64,000 nucleotides of DNA from Kiritimatiellia bacterium (GTDB taxonomy: Bacteria; Verrucomicrobiota; Kiritimatiellia; RFP12; UBA1067). The notes beneath the pieces were generated by a model. That model did not search any database and was not told the DNA's origin. It saw only the letters and a list, made by a program, of their open reading frames with translations. The stretch spans positions 238 through 64,237 of the forward strand of contig JBJEWA010000030.1 in the NCBI GenBank assembly GCA_051884805.1, written 5' to 3'. Both the position numbers and the translations under genes were made by a program. Of the stretch, positions 57,745 to 64,000 are shown one piece after another (the stretch's first letter is position 1; each line of letters begins with the position of its first letter).

Positions 57745-59046
57745 TCACCGCGCCCCCGGAATCAGCTCCAGGATCTGCCGGATCGGCATGCACATGCCGT
57801 TCGCCTCCAGCGAGCGCCCGGCCTCGAGAATCTGCTTCGCGCACGCGTACATCGCGGGATAGGCGGCGCGCAGCAGGTGATTCGCGTAAATGACGACGTT
57901 CGCGCCCCAGTCCGCAAGTTCGGCTTCCGTGAACTGGTTGTAGGTCGTCGGTACGAGCACGAGCGGCACGGCGGAGAATTCCGCGCGGAAGCGCCGGCAG
58001 AACTCCCGGATGTCCGCACCGTCCCGGTGCTTCGAATGGATCATCACGCCGTCCGCCCCGGCGCGCACCGCGGCAAAGGCCCGCTCAAGCGCCGCGCCGA
58101 CGGAACAGCCGGCGATGAGCTCCTCGATGCGGGCGATGATCATGAAGTCCGGCGTGACCTGCGCCCGCTTGCCGGCGGAGATCTTCGCGCAGAACTCTTC
58201 CGCCGACGCCAGCTCCTGCTTCACCTCCGTCCCGAACAGCGAATTCCGCTTGAGCCCGACCTTGTCCTCGATGATCACCGCCGAGACGCCGTTGCGCTCG
58301 AGCGTCCGCACCGTGAAGACGAAGTGCTCGGGAATCCCGCCGGTGTCGCCGTCGAAGATGATCGGCTTGGTCGTGCATTCGAGGATGTCCGTCAGGGAGT
58401 GAAGCCGCGTCGTGAGGTCCACCGCCTCGATGTCCGGCTTGCCCCTTGAGGTGGAGTCCGTCAGCGAGGAGGACCACATGCCGTCAAACGCACGGACGCC
58501 GTCCTCCCCGACGACCTCGACGTTTTCGGCGATAAGGCCGGAAAGTCCGGAATGCGCCTCGATGATGCGGACGATCGGCTTGGCCGCGATCAGCCGGCGG
58601 AGCGTCTTGAGCCGCACGTCGGGGGTCGTGCCGATGCTGCGGGCGTTTTCCACCAGCGCCGTCGAGTCGATGCCCTTCGTGTAGGGAATCTCGATGAGTT
58701 CGCCGCCCCATTCCTTCAGCGCCGCGATGACCTCGGCGCGCAGGATGCTGTCCGGACCCGTCTTCCAGTCGTCGCCGTGAATGATGTAGTCCGGCCTAAG
58801 CCGGCGCAGGTTGGGCACGTAGCTCCACTCGTCCTGGGGAACGACGCGGGCGACGCCCTTCTGGTTCAGAAGCACGGCCTCGCGCTGGGCGTAGGTAAGG
58901 TAGGGCAGGCGCTTGTACTTCGCGATGGCCCTGTCGGTGAAAAGCCCGACGGTCAGGTCGCCGTACCTGGCGCCTTCCCGGATGATGTTGACGAGACCGG
59001 GATGGATGATGTCCCCGATCATGCCGAGATAAACGGTCTTGTTCAT
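57745..59046 (-). CDS. aepX: phosphoenolpyruvate mutase with N-terminal TagD-like cytidylyltransferase-fold domain
   Basis: The internal ATG gives MNKTVYLGMIGDIIHPGL...HGDDW...IPYTKGIDST, then the PEP mutase core RIIEAHSGLSGLI...WSSSLTDS...IIEDK. Confidence 0.85.
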   Translation of the reverse strand: MNKTVYLGMIGDIIHPGLVNIIREGARYGDLTVGLFTDRAIAKYKRLPYLTYAQREAVLLNQKGVARVVPQDEWSYVPNLRRLRPDYIIHGDDWKTGPDSILRAEVIAALKEWGGELIEIPYTKGIDSTALVENARSIGTTPDVRLKTLRRLIAAKPIVRIIEAHSGLSGLIAENVEVVGEDGVRAFDGMWSSSLTDSTSRGKPDIEAVDLTTRLHSLTDILECTTKPIIFDGDTGGIPEHFVFTVRTLERNGVSAVIIEDKVGLKRNSLFGTEVKQELASAEEFCAKISAGKRAQVTPDFMIIARIEELIAGCSVGAALERAFAAVRAGADGVMIHSKHRDGADIREFCRRFRAEFSAVPLVLVPTTYNQFTEAELADWGANVVIYANHLLRAAYPAMYACAKQILEAGRSLEANGMCMPIRQILELIPGAR

Positions 59047-60158
59047 GGCTTGTAGGTTACTGCGATGCCGTATTCCCGCAGGGCGGCCTTCAGGACGCGG
59101 AAGAAGGCGACGACGTCGGGGGCGTCTATCGCGCCCAGGGCGCACAGGCGGAAGGTGCGGGCCGAGCCGACCTTGCCGGGATAGATCGTGAATCCGCGCG
59201 CATAGCAGTAGTCGTGGACCTGCTCGAAGGACCAGTTCGGGTCGTCCGGATAGACGACGGACACGACCAGCCCCGCCTGATGCTCGCGCCTGACGAGATT
59301 CCTGAAGCCAAGCTCCCGAAGCCCCGCGTGGATGGCCTCGAAAACGCGCGTATGGCGCGCCCACTTGGCCGCCTCGCCCTCGGCCCAGTACTCCTTCAGG
59401 GCCTGAATCGTCGCGTAGATCGTCTGCACCGGCGGCGTGAACCGCATCTCGCCCGTCCTTTCGAAGCCATCGTACTGCAGGAAGAGGTTGCAGTAGTACG
59501 ACCGCAGCGGATAGGCGGCGGACGCCCGGATGAGGTCCTCGCGGCCGATGACGAACGACAGCCCCGTCATCGACTGCAGCCCTTTCTGCGCCGAGGCAAA
59601 GAGGAAGTCCACGTTGTCCCGGACGATGTCGATCGGCCGCATCGCGTAAGTCGAGGTCGTGTCGACGACGAAGGTGCAGCCGTGCCGGTGGGCGACCGCG
59701 CCGATCTCGCGGATCGGGTTGAGGACGCCGGATCCCGTCTCATGGTGCGTCGTGTAGACGACGGCGACCTCGGGATCGGCCGCCAGCGCGGCCTCGACGG
59801 ACGCCGGATCGATCGGCACCTCAATCGGCAGCCGCAGGTCCAGGCAGGGCAGGCCGTAGGCCGCGCACACCTCCGCGCCGCGCGACGAGTACGCGCCGTT
59901 GTCGGCGATGAGGATCTTCTTCCCCGCCGGCAGCAGCGAGTTGATGCAGACGTCGATGTTGACCGTGCCCGAGCCGCAGAAGAGAACCGCCGTATGGCGT
60001 TCGTCGCCGTGCACGACCCGCACGAGATCGCGGCGAAGCGTCTTCATGAGGCCGGCAAATTCCTTTTCGCGCGGACAGATGTCGGGCACGACCTGCGCCA
60101 TCTTGACCGAATCGGTCGTCGTCGCCGGGCCCGGATTCAGGAGTATGTTGCGTTGCAT
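59043..60158 (-). CDS. phnW: 2-aminoethylphosphonate:pyruvate aminotransferase
   Basis: The internal ATG gives MQRNILLNPGPATTTDSV. The SAQKGLQ segment holds the PLP lysine. ATGA overlap with the aepX start. Confidence 0.85.
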   Translation of the reverse strand: MQRNILLNPGPATTTDSVKMAQVVPDICPREKEFAGLMKTLRRDLVRVVHGDERHTAVLFCGSGTVNIDVCINSLLPAGKKILIADNGAYSSRGAEVCAAYGLPCLDLRLPIEVPIDPASVEAALAADPEVAVVYTTHHETGSGVLNPIREIGAVAHRHGCTFVVDTTSTYAMRPIDIVRDNVDFLFASAQKGLQSMTGLSFVIGREDLIRASAAYPLRSYYCNLFLQYDGFERTGEMRFTPPVQTIYATIQALKEYWAEGEAAKWARHTRVFEAIHAGLRELGFRNLVRREHQAGLVVSVVYPDDPNWSFEQVHDYCYARGFTIYPGKVGSARTFRLCALGAIDAPDVVAFFRVLKAALREYGIAVTYKP

Positions 60159-60195
60159 GGTTTGAAAGCGGTGCGGATGTCGGCGGGACGGAACG

Positions 60196-61329
60196 TCAGC
60201 GGGCGGAAAACGTCGCCATGAACAGCTCCTTGTTCGCCTGCGGCGGCTCTTTCGGGCGGCCGAGGTCCTTGCGCGCCCCCTTGGCGACGCGAAGCTCGAG
60301 GAATCGCGGCGCCGGGCGGCCGGACGGACGCGAGAACGGCAAGTCGGGCGACCGGACAAGCTCGTAGCCGCAGGCCGCCGCGACGGCGGAAAGGTCGATT
60401 GCGCCGCCGACCGTCGGCTGGCCGCCGACGGAATCATGCGCCGCGTTGTTCAGGACGACGTGCGTCAGGTTCGGGCAGGCCGACTGGCCGACGATCGCCA
60501 GGCTCCCCATCTGCATGATCGCCGCACCGTCGCCGTCGAGACAGACCACCTGGCGGTCCGGCCGCGCCCTGGCGATGCCCAGGGCGATCATCACGGCGTG
60601 TCCCATCGAGCCGACCGTCAGGAAATCGTGTCCGTGTCCTTCCCCGCGGCGAACGCGCGTCTCGTACAATTCGCGCGAGATCATGCCAGTCGTCGCAACC
60701 ACCGCGCACGACTGCGGCAGCGCGTCAAGCAGCCGCTCGATCGCCAGCTCCCGCGGCAGGTCCGCGATGTCCGGCCTGGGCGACCGAAGCCTGTACTCGC
60801 CGAAAGCGCCCCGCTTCGCCACCAGCGCCACGGGACGCCGCTCGCGCCGGGCCTGCGCGGCGGCGGCAGCGACCTGCTCGGCCCACCGCCGCCCCCGGCC
60901 GTCGGCCCCGGGCTCGTCTTCGGCCGCCAGGACTGCCGCCGGAATCCCCAGCGTCTCGAAGAGCGGCAGCGTGATCTTGCCCTGCTTCGCGTGCTGCGGC
61001 TCGTCCTGCTCTCCCGGCCTGCCGCGCCAGCCGACCAGCAGCAGCATCGGTATCGAATACACCTCCGGATCGGCCAGCGAAACGAGCGGATTCACCGCAT
61101 TCCCCTGTCCCGAATTCTGCATGTAGACGCACGCCAACCGGCCCGTCGCCAGGTAATGCCCGGCGGCCAGCCCGACCGCCCCGCCCTCGTTGGCCGCAAT
61201 CACGTGCCTGGCCGCGCAATGGTCGGTGACGTAGGCGCAGAAGTTCTTGAGCAGCGAATCGGGTACGCCGCAGAAGAAGTCCACGCCGGACGACTCCAGG
61301 GATGAAACGAATTCCTCGACCTCGATCAT
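60196..61329 (-). CDS. aepY: phosphonopyruvate decarboxylase (ThDP-dependent)
   Basis: The internal ATG gives MIEVEEFVSSLESSGVDFFCGVPDSLLK. LDGDGAAIMQMG...NN is the ThDP motif. Confidence 0.85.
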   Translation of the reverse strand: MIEVEEFVSSLESSGVDFFCGVPDSLLKNFCAYVTDHCAARHVIAANEGGAVGLAAGHYLATGRLACVYMQNSGQGNAVNPLVSLADPEVYSIPMLLLVGWRGRPGEQDEPQHAKQGKITLPLFETLGIPAAVLAAEDEPGADGRGRRWAEQVAAAAAQARRERRPVALVAKRGAFGEYRLRSPRPDIADLPRELAIERLLDALPQSCAVVATTGMISRELYETRVRRGEGHGHDFLTVGSMGHAVMIALGIARARPDRQVVCLDGDGAAIMQMGSLAIVGQSACPNLTHVVLNNAAHDSVGGQPTVGGAIDLSAVAAACGYELVRSPDLPFSRPSGRPAPRFLELRVAKGARKDLGRPKEPPQANKELFMATFSAR

Positions 61330-61337
61330 GCCTGCTC

Positions 61338-62294
61338 CTACAGCGAGAGCGACTTTTCCAGCGCCCTCAGGTCCTCGACCGTGTCGCATTCGACGATCTC
61401 GCCCGGATGCACCTCGTGAATCGTGAGGTCAAGCCCGTCCCGGACGAGCCGGTCGACGACATCGTCCCAGAAGAGCTGGGCGTTTTCCGGCTTGCTGGCC
61501 GCATCCAGCACCGCAAGGGCGACCCGCGCCGCGTCCGGCTGCTTGAAGTAGCTGATGCCGACCATGTTGAAACAGTCCCGCCCGCCCTTTCCGACGCGCG
61601 TGATGCGGCCTTCGGACGTCTCGAAGACCCAGTCGTCGGACTTGCCCGGAATGAACTTGCCGAAATAGCCGGAATGCTCGAGCGGCCGGCAAAGCAGCGT
61701 CTCCGACGGCACGAACAGGTCCGCCTCGCAGACGAAGCAGTCCGCCGACGCCATCTGCGCCGCGGCGGCCGCAATCGAACTGATGTTGTTCTTGGTCCGG
61801 TACGCGCCGTTTTCGATGAGCCGCACCTGCGGAAAGCGCTTCGGCAACTCCCTGAACTGCTCCTTCCTGTACCCGACGACGACGTAGACGTCGTCCACCC
61901 CCCGCCGCGCGAGCGCCGCCAGCACCGTCTCGATGAGCGGACGCCCGAGCACCGGCACCAGCGGCTTCGCCGTCCGGTCGGTGAGCGGCCTCATCCGCGA
62001 GCCCAGCCCGGCCGCCATCAGGATCGCCACCTCGTGGCGGCGCCCCGAACGCTTCACCAGCACCTGCTGCCCTTCCGCGCTCAGCTCCGGCGCAAAGGCC
62101 ATGTCCAGCGCCTTCGAGAACTTCGCCGCAGTCGTGAAGGAGATGTTGACGCACCCGGAAAGCACCTTGGTCACGTACGGGCGCGAAACCCTGAGCCGCC
62201 GCGCCAGCTCGGACTGCGTCATGTCGCGCTCCTGCATCCGGCCGACGATCTGCTTCAGGAAATCCTGACTCGCCCTGTTGATCGTTCGCTTCAT
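61338..62294 (-). CDS. fusion of an XRE-type HTH domain and a LicC/MobA-like nucleotidyl(cytidylyl)transferase (candidate PntC-type phosphonate cytidylyltransferase)
   Basis: MTQSELARRLRVSRPYVTKVLSG is the HTH. AILMAAGLGSRMRPLTDRTAKPLVPV is the NTP-transferase G-loop. Confidence 0.75.
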   Translation of the reverse strand: MKRTINRASQDFLKQIVGRMQERDMTQSELARRLRVSRPYVTKVLSGCVNISFTTAAKFSKALDMAFAPELSAEGQQVLVKRSGRRHEVAILMAAGLGSRMRPLTDRTAKPLVPVLGRPLIETVLAALARRGVDDVYVVVGYRKEQFRELPKRFPQVRLIENGAYRTKNNISSIAAAAAQMASADCFVCEADLFVPSETLLCRPLEHSGYFGKFIPGKSDDWVFETSEGRITRVGKGGRDCFNMVGISYFKQPDAARVALAVLDAASKPENAQLFWDDVVDRLVRDGLDLTIHEVHPGEIVECDTVEDLRALEKSLSL

Positions 62295-62301
62295 CGCCTC
62301 T

Positions 62302-62330
62302 GTTAACCTTTAGGTTGCGCATAGGTTAAC
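62302..62330. promoter_or_regulatory. palindromic candidate operator GTTAACCT-N13-AGGTTAAC, with an inner AGGTT half-site
   Basis: Lies 8-36 nt upstream of the HTH-NTase ATG and abuts its GAGG ribosome-binding site. Confidence 0.5.
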
Positions 62331-62398
62331 ATATCGGGTTACGCCTGTCAACCGCCTGCAGGCGCACAAGGCCGGCAAGCCGCCGCGCTTCGCGCCGG

Positions 62399-63061
62399 TC
62401 AATGCTCGCCGTCGGCCGCGAAATCGACCTTTTCGCAGCTGCACGCGGCCTTGAAGTCGTAGAAACGGTTGCGGCCCTCGCAGCCGGTCACGCCGGCATG
62501 GAACGTGGCGGGGATCTCCGGATTCTCGTAGCCGAATCGGACGGAGCCGCATTCGACGGTCATGCGCCGGTAGAAGCGGCCCTCCTGCACCTTGACCTTG
62601 AGTTCGTAACGGCATTTCGCCTTGAACGGCGCGCGCGCATAAGCCGCAAGATACCAGCTCGGCTTGCCGTCCTTCCAGTAGTAGTGCCAGACGTTGATGC
62701 CCTCGTTGTAGAGCACGACCTCGATGTGCCGCTTGAACGCGTGCCGTCCCCGGTCGTCCCGGTCAAGCTCGGGCGTCAGCACGATGAGCGGCGCCATCAG
62801 ATGGTCGAAGCTCATCGTCGAAGAAACCTCGATTGTGCTGCCCGACAGCCGCCGCGGATGGACGATACTCGCGTAGACCTCGGTGACGTGGTTGGCGTAA
62901 AGCTCCTCGTCGCCAACCCCTTCCGGACACGGGTTCTCGATGTGATCGTCCTTCTGCACGAACGCGTGCGCATAGTCGAAGCGCATCGACTTGAACACGA
63001 TCCACTCCGCCGGATCCCACTTGCCCCTCGCAAAGTCAAACGAAATGCGCGTCGATTCCAT
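62399..63061 (-). CDS. hypothetical cytoplasmic protein (220 aa), family not recognised
   Basis: Clean ORF with a GAGGAG ribosome-binding site and a TGGTATAAT box at 63118-63126. Confidence 0.6.
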   Translation of the reverse strand: MESTRISFDFARGKWDPAEWIVFKSMRFDYAHAFVQKDDHIENPCPEGVGDEELYANHVTEVYASIVHPRRLSGSTIEVSSTMSFDHLMAPLIVLTPELDRDDRGRHAFKRHIEVVLYNEGINVWHYYWKDGKPSWYLAAYARAPFKAKCRYELKVKVQEGRFYRRMTVECGSVRFGYENPEIPATFHAGVTGCEGRNRFYDFKAACSCEKVDFAADGEH

Positions 63062-63117
63062 ATGCCGCTCCTCGCTTTCTCTTTCCTGCGTTTGCCAACC
63101 CGCTGCCGGGTCCCGGC

Positions 63118-63126
63118 ATTATACCA
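63118..63126 (-). promoter_or_regulatory. extended -10 box TGGTATAAT
   Basis: Minus strand reads TGGTATAAT, about 55 nt upstream of the ATG at 63061. Confidence 0.45.
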
Positions 63127-63261
63127 AATCCGCCCTTGGGGCTGACCGCCGCGAACGACCGCAAAATTCTGTCAGAACTCGGCGCAAACGTCGCCTTACT
63201 GGATGTGAGGGCGAGATGGGCTTGCCCGCAACGACAAAGCGAAAACGCAAAGAGGTGTGAC

Positions 63262-63651
63262 ATGAACCAGAAGAACATCATCGCGAAAACCCTGATCGCC
63301 GGACTCGCCTGCGTGGCTTGCTGCGGCGCAACCCTCGCAGCGTCGCACGGCGGGAGCAAAGCGCCCCAGAAAGCGCCGACGCATCAGCAGGCCCCGGCGC
63401 CCAAAGGCGGCAACGCTCGCGGACAGCATCCCGCTCCTGCGCACAACCAGAACGGCCGCCTACGCGGTGGGCTTCGCCCGGCTGACGTTCACGGCGCACC
63501 CGTCACGCGCCGTGCGCCCGCCCCGGCTCACCGCGAACCGCCGCCGCCCGCGCACCATCACGGCGGTCATCACGAGGGCGCGGGATGGACTGCCCTCGGA
63601 GCCACATTGATCGGCGGCCTCATCGGGGGAATCGTCGGCGCTTGCAACTGA
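63262..63651 (+). CDS. small secreted or membrane-anchored Pro/His/Ala-rich protein
   Basis: The internal ATG has AAAGAGG upstream. MNQKNIIAKTLIAGLACVACCGATLAA is the signal. C-terminal hydrophobic GATLIGGLIGGIVGA. Confidence 0.5.
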   Translation: MNQKNIIAKTLIAGLACVACCGATLAASHGGSKAPQKAPTHQQAPAPKGGNARGQHPAPAHNQNGRLRGGLRPADVHGAPVTRRAPAPAHREPPPPAHHHGGHHEGAGWTALGATLIGGLIGGIVGACN

Positions 63652-63697
63652 TGCCGACGACAACCAAGCCCCGATCCCCTGTCTCCGACCACCCGGC

Positions 63698-63717
63698 AAG
63701 TGTCCTAAAGTGTCCTA
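63698..63717. repeat. tandem direct repeat, 2 x 10 bp AAGTGTCCTA
   Basis: Read directly. Confidence 0.9.
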
Positions 63718-64000
63718 AAACACCGTTCGGCGCTTGTTCGGGCGGTTCGCCACGCAGACCGGAAACGCGCGGAACCCCTTGGATTTGCACACCGGTCCGC
63801 ATGATGGAGCATCCAAGCCCCTGCTCACATTTCTCCGCAACACATTATCCAACCGTTTTCACTCCGCTACCTTTTCAGAATCTTCAGATTTGGGTACGCG
63901 GATCGCGTTTGAAAATATTGCACCGGAATTACTGACCTGAAAACAATGGCGGCTGGTCTGCCAGTGAAAGTGTCCATCTTGCAATCTCGCAATCACGAAA

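Noticed and set aside
57745-59364. Long N-terminal extensions on ORF-track entries (also 59043-60437, 60196-61389, 35754-36233, 29176-30273, 44621-45925, 54332-55735 and 17678-18820)
   Set aside because: The extensions are Arg/Gly/Pro-rich, overlap the upstream gene, and lack ribosome-binding sites. Internal ATGs give canonical N-termini, often with ATGA coupling to the upstream stop.
63698-63717. Possible relationship between the AAGTGTCCTA repeat and the dnaK palindrome (shared GTGTCC)
   Set aside because: Only a 6-mer is shared, which is too short to distinguish from chance without a genome-wide motif search.

Overview
High-G+C bacterial chromosomal segment (about two-thirds G+C by eye, not computed). 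Nearly all real genes are on the minus strand. Most long plus-strand ORFs in the track are antisense or frame-shadow artefacts of the G+C bias. Many neighbouring genes overlap by ATGA or TGATG, which suggests long translationally coupled operons.

Gene content, left to right:
- A secreted glycan-degradation cluster: GH27 alpha-galactosidase (partial), a GH5-domain protein and an FGE/SUMF1-family protein.
- Housekeeping genes: fucP-like permease, HD-domain protein, purE, cmk, a Ca/Na antiporter, NfeD and Mrp/ApbC.
- A dnaK-groES-groEL block.
- buk-ptb, one tRNA(CAT), an RRM/RGG RNA-binding protein and an acyl-CoA synthetase.
- A clearly lower-G+C two-gene island of about 6.9 kb: a voltage-gated-type K+ channel followed by a 1884-aa helicase-nuclease.
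- A nine-gene rpmH-rnpA-yidD-yidC operon extended by two GYF-domain repeat proteins, a TPR-like protein and dus.
- HAD phosphatase and RluA-family synthase.
- Two further secreted glycan clusters (beta-helix, LamG, GH2 and paralogous TIM-barrel proteins), each with an XylR-like AraC regulator.
- A MATE pump, desulfoferrodoxin and a four-gene 2-aminoethylphosphonate cluster.

The gene set (dfx, buk/ptb, many secreted beta-helix/LamG/FGE-like proteins) suggests an anaerobic glycan degrader, possibly of the PVC group. That placement is low-confidence inference.

Best candidate for a new system: the low-G+C island, where the K+ channel gene sits 4 nt upstream of a giant transglutaminase-like + DUF4011-type + SF1 helicase + PD-(D/E)xK + DUF3320-type protein. 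The island is bracketed by inverted doublets of CGGATAG.

Other notable signals:
- A perfect sigma-54 promoter plus a 20-bp palindrome upstream of dnaK.
- A promoter, 25-codon sORF, G13 tract and terminator forming a leader upstream of the FGE-like gene.
- A recurring TGATATAAT-N6/7-ATG signature of leaderless mRNAs.
- An HTH-fused cytidylyltransferase with a palindromic operator heading the phosphonate cluster.

No CRISPR array, rRNA, transposase or integrase was seen.
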